From assembly GCA_018402485.1 (NCBI GenBank), contig JAGYIY010000004.1, positions 2,587-66,586 of the forward strand: DNA of 64,000 nucleotides. Reading direction: 5' to 3'. The stretch's first letter is position 1; every line of letters begins with the position of its first letter. The position numbers were made by a program, and so were the translations under genes. The notes beneath the pieces are model-generated. The model made no database searches. It was not told where the DNA came from and worked only from the letters and a program-made list of their open reading frames with translations. Positions 39,660-50,208 of the stretch are shown here, piece after piece. This DNA is from Roseivirga sp. Lineage in GTDB: Bacteria > Bacteroidota > Bacteroidia > Cytophagales > Cyclobacteriaceae.

Positions 39660-40189
39660 AAAACAGCAAATGCATTTTTTTGGTAGGCTTGGCAGCTTCT
39701 GGAAAAACCACCTTGGGGAAAGCTTTAGCCGAGCGAATGGAAATGCCTTTTATTGATTTAGACGAAGCCATTGTGGAAAAAACCGGCACGTCCATTCCTG
39801 AAATATTCAAGCAGCAGGGGGAGGGAAGGTTTCGTTTGCTAGAGAAAGAAACCCTTCATGAAATCATGGCTACGCAAGATCAATATGTGATGGCAATGGG
39901 TGGTGGAGCACCTTGTTTTCATTTCAATATGGATGCCATGAAAGCACATGGTATTGTCGTGTACCTTGAGGTTCCTCCGGATGATTTGGCCTTGCGCATT
40001 ATGGAAGAAGGCTTGGAAAAGCGTCCCATTTTTCAAAGCCACAATCCATTGGGTTTAAACGAAGAGCTAAGGGGAATGAAAGAAAAAAGAGATCCTTTCT
40101 ATCGCCAGGCTGATATTCACTTAAATGGGCATGATCTTACCGTAGAGAAAATGGAAGAAAGCATTCAGTCCTTTACGGAAAAGGCTTGA
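39656..40189 (+). CDS. aroK: Shikimate kinase
   Basis: GLAASGKTT, FIDLD, GEGRFR, MGGG, RP lid motif. Confidence 0.9.
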   Translation: MKNSKCIFLVGLAASGKTTLGKALAERMEMPFIDLDEAIVEKTGTSIPEIFKQQGEGRFRLLEKETLHEIMATQDQYVMAMGGGAPCFHFNMDAMKAHGIVVYLEVPPDDLALRIMEEGLEKRPIFQSHNPLGLNEELRGMKEKRDPFYRQADIHLNGHDLTVEKMEESIQSFTEKA

Positions 40190-40217
40190 GTGCTTTCTTA
40201 TTCAAATTAAAACAGGC

Positions 40218-41747
40218 CTAAAAATTCAACCCGAAGGTAAGGCTGGCCTTACCTATTGAATTATCAATGCTTGCAGTTGGACCTGTACCATCAAGAAAGG
40301 TGAAAGAGGTAAACGACTCATTGAAATTTGTTTGAGCGTAAGCAAAGTCCAAGAAGTATTTACCAAGGTTTACGCCTAGTCCACCAGAAACAGTCGTTCT
40401 GGAGCGATCAACTCCATCAAAGTCATCCTTAAAAGCATCTCCAATGCTCGCATACCCTGCACGCAACCTAAATATGTCGTATCTGAACTCTCCACCCAAT
40501 CTAATATTGGTGGTAGATTGATAAATATTATCAATGGTTTGATTGTCGGCATTTGGATTGAAATCTACAGAAGATACAAAGGAATTGGTGTAATTCAAGT
40601 GTTCCACATCAACTGTGATGAATCCATTTTTCCCAATAAAGAAAGCCGCTCCCACATTCAATTTCAAAGGCGTCCTGAGGTTGTAGTCAGAAAAGAAGAT
40701 CGGTGTTTCGCTTTGTTGAAAGTTTAAAACAGTGTCTTCTGTAATCAATCGGTCACCGTTATCATCCAAAAAATTGGCCACATCATAATTGTTGAAATCA
40801 GAGGTATAAATGGCATCACTTTCTTCACTGAAGCTATGCCAGGTAGGAGAGGTAAATGATGCACCGATTCTTATGGCGTTTATAGGTCTAAAAATCACAC
40901 CTAAGTTGACATTAATACCGGTTCCTGAAACATCTAATTGCTCATCTAGGGAGAATTGATTTAAAGCACTCCCGGCAAATGTTTCGGTGTAAATTCTGCT
41001 TAAAAAGAAGTCGGTATTGGTAATACCGATGCCTCCACCCAAATATAATTTGTCATCAAAATTGCCACCAAAGGCAATGTTGATTTGGTCTGTACGCCCG
41101 CTTCGGGTAATGTTTTCTTCTTGAAGGGGGAAGCCCTCTACAAAAGAAACATACAAGTCTTCTGCACCGGGAACGGGATTGATTAGGAAGTGATCGAAAC
41201 CAACACGTTCAATACCACCCAATTCCTCTGGGAATAAAAGGTCAGCACGGTTCAACATGGCATCAATGATTGAAGCGTTATTGTTTTGAGCACTGTAAGT
41301 AATGCGTTGATCGAAACTGTTGATGCGGTTGTAAGTGATGGCTAAAGTTCCACCTCTCCAGCCCTTGGTATTGAGGGCTTCATTACCAAAGTGAATAGCT
41401 ACACCTAAACTACCTAATTCCAGACCTGTATCCTCATTCCGACTGCTTTGCCCTAAAAAATCATTGGTATTTTGTTGCAGGTTTAAACTAGGACTAAGAA
41501 TGAATTGAGAGCGATTGTACATGCCCAATCCGGCAGGGTTCAGAACAACAGAGCCCAGATTACCTCCAAGTACCGAGCCTGCACCTGCCAGACCTTGCAG
41601 TCGGGCTGTACCAAAAGGGCTGGTTTGTGCATATCTCAGAGCGTCACGATAATAGCCAAAGGCTCCTGGTTCAATCTGCGAAAGGGCGGGCAATGGCGTA
41701 GCCAAAAGGGCTACTACCATGCCCATTATTTGAATTAGCTTTTTCAT
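40218..41747 (-). CDS. OmpP1/FadL-family outer membrane protein
   Basis: Signal peptide; GTARLQGLAGA...NPAGLG; amphipathic strands; terminal Phe. Confidence 0.8.
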   Translation of the reverse strand: MKKLIQIMGMVVALLATPLPALSQIEPGAFGYYRDALRYAQTSPFGTARLQGLAGAGSVLGGNLGSVVLNPAGLGMYNRSQFILSPSLNLQQNTNDFLGQSSRNEDTGLELGSLGVAIHFGNEALNTKGWRGGTLAITYNRINSFDQRITYSAQNNNASIIDAMLNRADLLFPEELGGIERVGFDHFLINPVPGAEDLYVSFVEGFPLQEENITRSGRTDQINIAFGGNFDDKLYLGGGIGITNTDFFLSRIYTETFAGSALNQFSLDEQLDVSGTGINVNLGVIFRPINAIRIGASFTSPTWHSFSEESDAIYTSDFNNYDVANFLDDNGDRLITEDTVLNFQQSETPIFFSDYNLRTPLKLNVGAAFFIGKNGFITVDVEHLNYTNSFVSSVDFNPNADNQTIDNIYQSTTNIRLGGEFRYDIFRLRAGYASIGDAFKDDFDGVDRSRTTVSGGLGVNLGKYFLDFAYAQTNFNESFTSFTFLDGTGPTASIDNSIGKASLTFGLNF

Positions 41748-41764
41748 GAGTCTTGACCTTTTAT

Positions 41765-43240
41765 CTAGTTTCCACCTCTACCGCCTCGTGAGCTTCCACC
41801 ACCCGATGATGACCTTGTTGCACCACCTCCAGTAGAACGGCTACTGCTGGAGCGTGATACGCTACCTCCTCCGCGGCTACTACTTGAAGAAGAACGACCT
41901 ATGCTGCGCACGTTAGAACTTGAACTGCTTCTGTTGATTGAGGTCCCTCTAGAGGAGCCAGAAGTACCCCTGTTGTAAACCGATTGACGAGCAGATGTAG
42001 ATCGTAACGAACGAACACTCTGAGTAGATTGAAATGCTCTCGAGGACTGGCTGGACGCATTTCTGTCAAAAGCTACACCACGTGAACTTCTGTAATTTGA
42101 TCTGTTCGAAATCGAACTACGCAAGCTTCGAGCAGAAGATGGAACATAGGCACGACTAGATCGAGTGTTACTGGCTATACCTGAGCTATTGCCACGGTAA
42201 GCATTTCCTGAACGATCTGTACTCACCCTTCTGTTTGCTCTTAATAAGGCTTCCTCTACACTACTTCGTGAGCTTCTTACATTTCCTGAACCACTTGCTA
42301 CGGTTGATGAAGTTCTTCCTCCATTTACAGATCCCCTCATAATAGAAGGAGATGCGCTCGCTCTGGTTTGCGTACCGTTCATTGCATCTGCCCTCACACT
42401 ATTGATGGAAGAAGTTGATCTCAATCGTCCTCCTCGCTCAAAATTTCTATTATTACCTGCATTCAACTCACCATTGTTAATGATGATGAGGTTACCTGGT
42501 CCTGCAAAGAAATTATTTCTAAAGCGGTTTCTTCTCCACCATGGGTTGTAAAAAGAATTACCCATGAAGAAAGGATCATAAAAACCGAAAGAACCAAAGG
42601 TATTGAATCCCATAAAAGATTGCATGGCAAACGGGTTGAAAGGATCATAAAATCCAAAAGGGTTGAAAGGATCATAAAATCCAAAAGGACTAAAAGGACC
42701 ATAAAATCCATTGGTAAACATGAAAGAGGTATGGAATCCTGTTGCGAAAGTATTACCAAAACCTAATCCAAAGCCAAAACCAGGCCTCATGAATCCAAAA
42801 GTATTACCAAAGCCACTATTAAAACCGGCATTGAATCCCGAATTGAATCTTCCCACATTATTGGTATTCTGAACAGAAAAATCTTGGTTGTTAAAAGCCT
42901 GATTGTCCCTTTCGAAATCACCGGAAAAGAATTTCGCTTCGTTTTCTTCTTCTGAGCTTCTGTAATAAGTAGGCATTTCATCTCCACCATTGTTGTATTT
43001 GTTCACCAAGTCGGGTGAAACCTGTTGCTCGGAAGATTTTTCAAGGGTTATGATATTCTCTGCCTCAATTTGTTCCAATTGAATTGGATCAGTAATAATC
43101 ACTGGAGCTTGAGGTCTGTCATCTGATGTAAAATAAACATCATCATACTCTCCTCTTTGCATAGGCAATTGAGAACATGCGGAAATGAGAATCAGCGTGG
43201 AAGCTAATATGGATATTGGAAGTGGATTTCGCTTTTTCAT
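41765..43240 (-). CDS. Low-complexity lipoprotein (F/G/N-rich core, R/S/G-rich tail)
   Basis: Lipobox LISAC22, EYDDVYF motif, GFYDPFNPF repeats, SR-rich C-terminus. Confidence 0.75.
   Translation of the reverse strand: MKKRNPLPISILASTLILISACSQLPMQRGEYDDVYFTSDDRPQAPVIITDPIQLEQIEAENIITLEKSSEQQVSPDLVNKYNNGGDEMPTYYRSSEEENEAKFFSGDFERDNQAFNNQDFSVQNTNNVGRFNSGFNAGFNSGFGNTFGFMRPGFGFGLGFGNTFATGFHTSFMFTNGFYGPFSPFGFYDPFNPFGFYDPFNPFAMQSFMGFNTFGSFGFYDPFFMGNSFYNPWWRRNRFRNNFFAGPGNLIIINNGELNAGNNRNFERGGRLRSTSSINSVRADAMNGTQTRASASPSIMRGSVNGGRTSSTVASGSGNVRSSRSSVEEALLRANRRVSTDRSGNAYRGNSSGIASNTRSSRAYVPSSARSLRSSISNRSNYRSSRGVAFDRNASSQSSRAFQSTQSVRSLRSTSARQSVYNRGTSGSSRGTSINRSSSSSNVRSIGRSSSSSSRGGGSVSRSSSSRSTGGGATRSSSGGGSSRGGRGGN
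42633..42710. repeat. 27-bp in-frame tandem repeat (2 exact copies plus 1 degenerate)
   Basis: GGGTTGAAAGGATCATAAAATCCAAAA at 42633-42659 and 42660-42686; degenerate copy 42687-42710; encodes FGFYDPFNP on the minus strand. Confidence 0.9.
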
Positions 43241-43310
43241 AACTTTCTGTTTAGGTACACTTATAGAACGTGAAAAATGGGTTTTTGATCGATTTAAGTT
43301 TCTAAAACTT

Positions 43311-43318
43311 TATATTTG
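43311..43318 (+). promoter_or_regulatory. -7 promoter element (TATATTTG) for proS
   Basis: TAnnTTTG with a TTTG (-33-like) at 43284-43287. Confidence 0.55.
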
Positions 43319-43370
43319 CCGAACATCATGTTACATCGTATTTAGCAAGTATCGTACCAAAAACTGAAAA

Positions 43371-44849
43371 ATGAGCAAAGGACTACCCAAACGCAGTGAA
43401 GATTATTCTTTATGGTACAACGAATTGGTGAAAAAGGCAGATTTAGCCGAAAACTCACCGGTGAGAGGTTGTATGATCATTAAGCCATATGGATTTAGCA
43501 TCTGGGAAAAAATGCAAGCTGAACTGGATCGTATGTTCAAAGAAACAGGGCACAGTAATGCCTATTTCCCTCTTTTTATTCCTAAATCTTATTTAAGTAA
43601 GGAGGCTGACCATGTGGAAGGATTTGCAAAGGAATGCGCTGTGGTGACGCATTACCGCCTGAAAAATGATGAAGACGGCAAAGGCGTTGTTGTAGATCCT
43701 GAAGCTAAGCTTGAAGAAGAATTAATTGTGCGTCCAACTTCTGAAACTGTGATTTGGCATAGCTATAAAAACTGGATACAATCTTACCGTGACCTCCCTT
43801 TGCTGATCAATCAATGGGCCAATGTAGTCCGTTGGGAAATGCGTACCCGTTTGTTTTTACGTACCGCGGAATTTCTTTGGCAGGAAGGACATACGGCACA
43901 TGCGACCAAGCAAGAGGCCATTGAGGAAGCTGAACAGATGATGCATGTGTATGGCACTTTTGCCGAGGAGTTTATGGCGCTCCCGGTCATCAAAGGTTTA
44001 AAAACAGAATCAGAGCGTTTTGCGGGTGCCGTAGAAACCTATTGCATTGAGGCCTTGATGCAGGATGGCAAAGCTTTACAGGCAGGCACCTCTCATTTTT
44101 TAGGTCAGAATTTTGCCAAAGCTTTTGATGTGCAGTTTACCAATAGAGAAGGAAAATTAGAACATGTATGGGGTACCTCTTGGGGGGTTAGCACCCGCTT
44201 AATGGGGGCTTTGATTATGGCGCATTCCGATGATCAAGGTTTAGTTTTGCCACCAAAACTGGCTCCTATTCAGGTGGTCATCGTTCCAATTTACCGTGGT
44301 GTCGAACAACTCGATGAAATCAAAGCCCAACTTGAACCCATCATAAATTCTTTAAGAAAAGAAGGAGTTACGGTTAAATTAGACGACCGAGACACTTTCA
44401 AACCCGGCTTTAAATTTGCAGAGTGGGAACTGAAAGGTGTACCCATTCGACTGGCGATGGGACCTAAAGACATGGAAAATCATACCATAGAAATTACCAG
44501 AAGAGATACAGGTGAAAAATCTTTGTTTAATTTGAACGAGAATTTGAATGCCGAAATCAAAGAGGTATTAGAGGAAATGCAAAGTAGCATTTACCAGAAG
44601 GCTTTAACCTTTCGTAATGACAACATCCGTCAGGCTGATGATTTTGAGTCTTTTAAAAGCATACTTGAAGCGCATGGCGGATTTGTTTCTGCCCATTGGG
44701 ATGGTACTGCAGCAACAGAGGAGAAAATCAAGCAAGAAACCAAAGCCACAATTCGATGTATTCCTTTAAATAATCTGAAAGAGGAAGGAAATTGCGTTTA
44801 TAGTGGTAAACCCTCACAGCAACGCGTTCTCTTTGCCAAAGCCTATTAG
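43371..44849 (+). CDS. proS: Proline--tRNA ligase (archaeal/eukaryotic type)
   Basis: [40 protein letters not shown]-terminal AKAY. Confidence 0.96.
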   Translation: MSKGLPKRSEDYSLWYNELVKKADLAENSPVRGCMIIKPYGFSIWEKMQAELDRMFKETGHSNAYFPLFIPKSYLSKEADHVEGFAKECAVVTHYRLKNDEDGKGVVVDPEAKLEEELIVRPTSETVIWHSYKNWIQSYRDLPLLINQWANVVRWEMRTRLFLRTAEFLWQEGHTAHATKQEAIEEAEQMMHVYGTFAEEFMALPVIKGLKTESERFAGAVETYCIEALMQDGKALQAGTSHFLGQNFAKAFDVQFTNREGKLEHVWGTSWGVSTRLMGALIMAHSDDQGLVLPPKLAPIQVVIVPIYRGVEQLDEIKAQLEPIINSLRKEGVTVKLDDRDTFKPGFKFAEWELKGVPIRLAMGPKDMENHTIEITRRDTGEKSLFNLNENLNAEIKEVLEEMQSSIYQKALTFRNDNIRQADDFESFKSILEAHGGFVSAHWDGTAATEEKIKQETKATIRCIPLNNLKEEGNCVYSGKPSQQRVLFAKAY

Positions 44850-44944
44850 CATTCATCTGATACTATTTTCATGTGCATCTTTTTCTATAATAAATGGAAA
44901 GATAAGGCACTTCCTCGTAAATAATTGGTAACTTCAAACCTATT

Positions 44945-45424
44945 ATGGGCGATTGGATGACAGTTGTTATTTTGATATTGATAGGTCTCGTGCTTATTTA
45001 TTTGGAACTCATTTTTGTTCCGGGTACAACCATCTTAGGATTGGTTGGCATAGCGTTAACCGGGATAGGTGTATACTTGGCTTTTGAGCGTCATGGGTCT
45101 GTTGCAGGTGGCTGGGTTTTAGGAGGCTCATTTTTCGTAATAACCGTAGCGGTAGTTTATAGTTTTCGCTCCGGGGCATGGAAGCGTTTTTCGTTGCAAA
45201 CGAAAAGTGAAGGACACTTCAATGAAAATTTCAATGAAGGTCTACAAATTGAAATGCGAGGCGAAACCATTTCTGATCTCAAGCCTATTGGGAAAGCTGA
45301 ATTCAATACCAAGAGCTATGAAGTACGCTCTAGGGGAGAACATGTATCTGCCGGAAAAGCGATAAAGATTACAAAAATTATAGAGAATAAAATCATTGTT
45401 GAATTGATTAAAAAAGAAGATTAA
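44945..45424 (+). CDS. NfeD-family protein (short form)
   Basis: TM hairpins with ELIFVPG; C-terminal OB-like domain (DLKPIGKA); TAATG overlap with floA. Confidence 0.85.
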   Translation: MGDWMTVVILILIGLVLIYLELIFVPGTTILGLVGIALTGIGVYLAFERHGSVAGGWVLGGSFFVITVAVVYSFRSGAWKRFSLQTKSEGHFNENFNEGLQIEMRGETISDLKPIGKAEFNTKSYEVRSRGEHVSAGKAIKITKIIENKIIVELIKKED

Positions 45425-46437
45425 TGGAAGATTATACCTTACTCATTGCGGTCATTGGTGGGATTATCCTGCTATTTGTATTTTTGTATTTTGTACCTGT
45501 TAACCTGTGGATTACAGCACAGTTTTCTAATGTTAGAGTGGGTTTGCTTGAACTCGTATTCATGCGCATTAGAAAAGTACCCCCAAGCATTATTGTGTCT
45601 TCGATGATTACGGCTACAAAGGCAGGATTGGACGTTACCACAGCAGATTTAGAAACACACTATTTGGCAGGAGGGCAAGTACCTTCGGTCATTAAAGCTT
45701 TAATCTCTGCCGATAAGGCCAATATCAATTTGAAGTTCAAGCAAGCTACTGCCATTGATTTGGCTGGTAGAGATGTTTTTGAAGCTGTTCAGATATCAGT
45801 AAATCCTAAAGTGATTACCACGCCAAAGGTGGCAGCAGTGGCAGCAGATGGAATTCAACTGATGGCCATTGCCCGTGTAACCGTTCGCGCTAATATTCAG
45901 CAATTGGTAGGTGGTGCCGGTGAGGATACCATTTTAGCTCGGGTCGGTGAAGGTATTGTTACCTCTATTGGTTCAGCCAGCACACACAAAGAAGTGTTAG
46001 AAAACCCTGATAAGATTTCTAAACTGGTTTTACAAAGAGGACTCGATGCAGGCACTGCCTTTGAAATTCTTTCCATAGATATTGCTGACGTAGATGTTGG
46101 GGTAAATATAGGAGCACAACTTCAAACAGATCAGGCACAAGCAGACTTGAAAGTGGCAGAAGCCAAAGCAGAAGAAAGAAGAGCTATGGCAGTTGCTGAA
46201 GAGCAAGAAATGAAAGCAAAATCACAGCAGGCTCGTGCAAAAGTAATTGAAGCTGAAGCTGAAATTCCTTTAGCCATTTCTGAAGCTTTCCGTTCTGGTA
46301 ATTTGGGTATCATGGATTACTACAAATTGGAAAATATTCAAGCTGATACAGATATGCGCGGATCCATTGCGAATCCATCTCAGAAAAGTAGTTCCGGCAA
46401 AAGAAGTTCAGGAAATAAAGGGAATGATAATAAATAA
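45424..46437 (+). CDS. floA: Flotillin-like protein FloA (UPF0365)
   Basis: [46 protein letters not shown]. Confidence 0.92.
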   Translation: MEDYTLLIAVIGGIILLFVFLYFVPVNLWITAQFSNVRVGLLELVFMRIRKVPPSIIVSSMITATKAGLDVTTADLETHYLAGGQVPSVIKALISADKANINLKFKQATAIDLAGRDVFEAVQISVNPKVITTPKVAAVAADGIQLMAIARVTVRANIQQLVGGAGEDTILARVGEGIVTSIGSASTHKEVLENPDKISKLVLQRGLDAGTAFEILSIDIADVDVGVNIGAQLQTDQAQADLKVAEAKAEERRAMAVAEEQEMKAKSQQARAKVIEAEAEIPLAISEAFRSGNLGIMDYYKLENIQADTDMRGSIANPSQKSSSGKRSSGNKGNDNK

Positions 46438-46626
46438 TTCGTGATTTTTTCAACCAACAATCATTTGAGCAACAAAGCGATCTCCCTTGGTGATTTAGTT
46501 TTGTTGTTCATTGATTGTTTCACAATTCAATTCCTACTCAAAAATTTAATCTTGTTACAACAGCTAAGCCGAAAGCAGTGCATGTTGGGCTCTATCATTT
46601 AGCAGGTTGATTCAAATTCAAAAAAC

Positions 46627-47712
46627 ATGAACGGTAAATTTATATTCATTTCATTGATTTTTTGTTGGTGCCTTTGGAGTTGCGATAAGGGAAGAGACTT
46701 AAAAAATAAAATAGAAGTATTAAGTGTGTCCACTAATTCGAATCAGGAACTTACAATCAATGATATCGCAGAGGACATAGAAGAGGTGAGGTTAGAACTG
46801 ACTGATGAGAGTCTTATTGCAAACATTATTAAGGTTGAAAGAACGGAAAAGTACATTTTTGTAATGACATCTAATGGGCCAAGCGTTTTACAATTTGATA
46901 GAAAAGGTAAGTTTATCAAATCTATGGGGAAGAAAGGAGATGGTCCGGAAGAAGTATTGCGCATAATTACTTTTACAATAGATCCGGAGAATAGGTATTT
47001 GTACTTAGCTAGCCCCAATAAGATTGTGATTTACAACTTTGAGAATACTTTTGTTGGGCAAATTGATGGTTTTGCCATTCCTAATTATATGCATTTTCAG
47101 AATGGGATGCTTGAAGTTTTTCTAACAAGAAATAACAAATCAAAGAGTGGAGAAGGTTTTGTAAAAGTGCCTACCATGTTTAGAATTTTTAATGATGGTA
47201 GTATTGCTGATAGTGTGGGTATTACTGAAATAAGCCTTAAGCAACAAATCAGGTTTATGATGATGGATGCAAAATACTATTCAAACTCATCAAAGGATCA
47301 ATTCTTCTACTTACCGGTCTTATTTCCTGAACCCATCGTGAGAGATACTTTATATGTTGTCAATGAGCTTGGCTTTCAGCCTGTAGTAAAACTCGACTTT
47401 GGTGCTAAAGCAATCACTAATGATGGTAAAAAGGCTGTGAATATAAGAGGTATGCACAGGTCAGATAGATACCTGCTAGCTCGATATTCTTTTGATAGAA
47501 AGTCAAGATATTTTGTTTATGATTTCAAGTCGGAAAAAGGGTATAATTTAAACTCTGGTATAGATGGGGGAGAGTTTTCTGATGGAGATGCCATAGAATT
47601 GATGCCGGATTTATCAGAAACTAATGCTTATTACTTCTCAGTTAAGAAAATTGAAAATCAAGTAAAAGATGAGCCTAATCCAACGCTTTACTTTGTTAAC
47701 TTGAAACGTTAG
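46627..47712 (+). CDS. 6-bladed beta-propeller lipoprotein (DUF5128-like)
   Basis: Lipobox LWSC19; RLELTDESLI; FDRKGKFIKSMGKKGDGPEE; C-terminal EPNPTLYFVNLK. Confidence 0.8.
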   Translation: MNGKFIFISLIFCWCLWSCDKGRDLKNKIEVLSVSTNSNQELTINDIAEDIEEVRLELTDESLIANIIKVERTEKYIFVMTSNGPSVLQFDRKGKFIKSMGKKGDGPEEVLRIITFTIDPENRYLYLASPNKIVIYNFENTFVGQIDGFAIPNYMHFQNGMLEVFLTRNNKSKSGEGFVKVPTMFRIFNDGSIADSVGITEISLKQQIRFMMMDAKYYSNSSKDQFFYLPVLFPEPIVRDTLYVVNELGFQPVVKLDFGAKAITNDGKKAVNIRGMHRSDRYLLARYSFDRKSRYFVYDFKSEKGYNLNSGIDGGEFSDGDAIELMPDLSETNAYYFSVKKIENQVKDEPNPTLYFVNLKR

Positions 47713-47928
47713 TATCATTTCTTTAAGAGGAGGAGTTTAATGGATGTAGTCTGAATCACCATTGCATAGAGGTAGTGGGAATATTCTATCACGGACTCAT
47801 TAAGCTATAGATGAATTTAATGCCTTAAAGATGTTCTTATCAAATGCTTGGACATATTCGGTTTGCTCAAGCTTTGCTTATACTTCTGCAAAATGGAGTT
47901 GCAGCATAAGTAATAGAGGGAACTTTTT

Positions 47929-50136
47929 TTAATTGAAGGTTTCCCAAGTGGCGGAAATTTTTCCCAAAAATCGGTTGCCTGAATATTTGATGGCTTCATA
48001 AATGGCAGGTACAATGTCTGCGCCTTTCACATCAATGACACCGTATTTCCCTTCTGTTTCAACCAGAATATATTCCTCACCGATGAACCTCAGTTGATTG
48101 AACTGGGGATTCTTAAGGAATACTCCCTTGACATCCGTCAAACCCAACTTAGCGTTTTCTTCTACTAAGAGGTAGTTGTTCTCTAGCCGCTGAATCTTGC
48201 TGTACTGAATGGGTAGAATTACCTTCCCTTCTTGGTTGATCAAACCATAGACGTTGCCCTGCCTAACAATGGCATGGCCTTGAAGAAAATCCGCTACATC
48301 ATCGTAATTGGGTTGAATAACCAGGGTTTCGTTGACATTTACAAAGCCCCATTTGCCAATGAGTTTAACAGGGGCGCGCTCCTCGGAGAAAGGACGTATC
48401 TCTTGGTAACGATTGGCAATTTTCAGCCGCCCCTGCAGGTCTAATAATCCCCACTGGCCCCCTTTCTGAAAAGGAATCCATCCTGAGTGCCCAGGTCTCA
48501 CCACCTCGATTTCTTTTCCTAAGGCAAAAGAGCTACTATCCTTCAAGTGGTATAAAAAGTTCAATTCCGCTCTCTTTAAAAATACCACATCTTCTTGTAT
48601 CGCCTGAATGGTGTCGTAATGATAGTCAAGTGCCAAGGTGCCATTTTCCTTAAATAATTGATAGCCTTGATCAGATTGACGATAAAACCCAAAGGGAAGT
48701 GGGGTAAAGCCTACGCTTTCTCGCGTGAGGATGGTACCGTAGCGATTGATGACGCCTTTGAAACTGCCTTGCTCAAAATAGAGATTACCATGGCTAAAAG
48801 ATAAGCTATCGTAATAAGGCGTAATCATCCAATTGCCTCGTGAATTGATGAGCCCAAAGCGCCCTTGATATTCCGCAATGGCCATCTCGTCATTAAACTC
48901 ATCAATATGGTCATAAATAAATGGGCTGGTGTCTTTGCCGAGGGTATTCAGCAAACCAACTTTATCTCCGCGTTTCGCAACAAACATATCATGAGCGATA
49001 GGTCGGAATCTTTCATAGGTAAACAGACTCTGAGGCTTTCCTAAGGTATCATAAGCAATCCATTCCTTTATCCCTTCTTTGAGTTGCAGGCCAAAGAAAA
49101 CTGGATCGGATAAAACGATTGAGTCATAGCTATTGGGTCGAATCAACTGTGCATTGGCATTGAGCACTTGATAAAGATTGCTCTTTGGCTGTTTGATGAT
49201 GGCCATTTTTTCATTGGCATCTGTCACCTCAAGTCCGTTGAGGGGGGTCACTTCACCTGTGTTCAGTTGAACTAAACTGCTTTGGCTTCCTGCTGTAAAC
49301 CACAAGTTGTCTTTTCCACTAAAAAACACCTCGTCTTCATAAAAGACTCCTTTGCTCTTTTCTTTTTCAAAATAGCTCCATTGGGCAAAAGGCAAAACCA
49401 TGATTTGATCATTTTTGATCTGTATCTCCTTGTACAAAGGTGGGACAATCATTTTTGCCTCGTCATCTAATATACCAATGTGGTTGTAACGCTCAATAAA
49501 AATGATGCCTTCGTTGAAAGAAAAAATACGATTGTACTGAAAGGAAGTTAAGGCTTTACCCGAAATGGAAAAGATCGCTTTAAACCCTTGGCGATTTTCA
49601 ACGCATATCCTAGCTTTACTTAAGGGTACAATACTTTTATAGTCGATGGGAATGCGAATCTGGCCATTATAGTCCATCAGTCCAGAGTAGAACTCACCAT
49701 CTCTTTCAGTCCTCACAATCAAAGATTTATCGTCAATAGCGCTGATCTCAATGAAATTGAGTGGTAAAAGTTCTTTCCCTTTGGCATTGATGATGCCATA
49801 TTGTTTTCTGATGGAGTTGCGTTTTCTTTCAGCAACGATAAAGGTGTTTAAAGGGGTTGGGGTGATGTTGGCGAAGCGATGAGGTGTTACATTACTTCCT
49901 TTGAGGTCGATGAGTGCCCAGCGGTCGTTGACTTGGGCAGCGATAACATCATTTACGACTTGAAAATTTCCGTTACTCCATCCCACTTTTTGGTAGCGCG
50001 CGGGTATGATAATGTTATCAGCGCTGTCTTTTACACCAAAACGACCTTCTTGTTCAAAAGCCAGGTATTGAAAACCGCTGAGACTAAAAGGCAGGCTAAA
50101 TATTCCAATAAGAAGAGCATAAAGAGCCTGTCTCAT
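47929..50136 (-). CDS. WG-repeat-containing protein
   Basis: Many [GK][WYF]G[LFV]I[DN]xxG...I...Y[DE] repeats; N-terminal signal-like segment. Confidence 0.85.
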   Translation of the reverse strand: MRQALYALLIGIFSLPFSLSGFQYLAFEQEGRFGVKDSADNIIIPARYQKVGWSNGNFQVVNDVIAAQVNDRWALIDLKGSNVTPHRFANITPTPLNTFIVAERKRNSIRKQYGIINAKGKELLPLNFIEISAIDDKSLIVRTERDGEFYSGLMDYNGQIRIPIDYKSIVPLSKARICVENRQGFKAIFSISGKALTSFQYNRIFSFNEGIIFIERYNHIGILDDEAKMIVPPLYKEIQIKNDQIMVLPFAQWSYFEKEKSKGVFYEDEVFFSGKDNLWFTAGSQSSLVQLNTGEVTPLNGLEVTDANEKMAIIKQPKSNLYQVLNANAQLIRPNSYDSIVLSDPVFFGLQLKEGIKEWIAYDTLGKPQSLFTYERFRPIAHDMFVAKRGDKVGLLNTLGKDTSPFIYDHIDEFNDEMAIAEYQGRFGLINSRGNWMITPYYDSLSFSHGNLYFEQGSFKGVINRYGTILTRESVGFTPLPFGFYRQSDQGYQLFKENGTLALDYHYDTIQAIQEDVVFLKRAELNFLYHLKDSSSFALGKEIEVVRPGHSGWIPFQKGGQWGLLDLQGRLKIANRYQEIRPFSEERAPVKLIGKWGFVNVNETLVIQPNYDDVADFLQGHAIVRQGNVYGLINQEGKVILPIQYSKIQRLENNYLLVEENAKLGLTDVKGVFLKNPQFNQLRFIGEEYILVETEGKYGVIDVKGADIVPAIYEAIKYSGNRFLGKISATWETFN

Positions 50137-50208
50137 CAAAGAAATCTTTCAGTGTATTGCAAATCTGTTCAAATGAATGCAAAGGAAATTGACCTGAAGG
50201 TAAAAATC

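Noticed and set aside
46555-46595. GCCGAAAGCAG segment as a possible riboswitch or SRP-like motif
   Set aside because: Does not match any riboswitch or SRP consensus I can verify, and stems are poor.
47713-47932. Strong SD (AGAGGAGG) before a 4-codon ORF, a 33-aa Ser/Cys-rich + strand ORF (47831-47932), and a stop-interrupted minus-strand frame resembling a gene remnant
   Set aside because: No recognisable homology or leader motif; a peptide, a pseudogene and random sequence cannot be told apart without a translated homology search.
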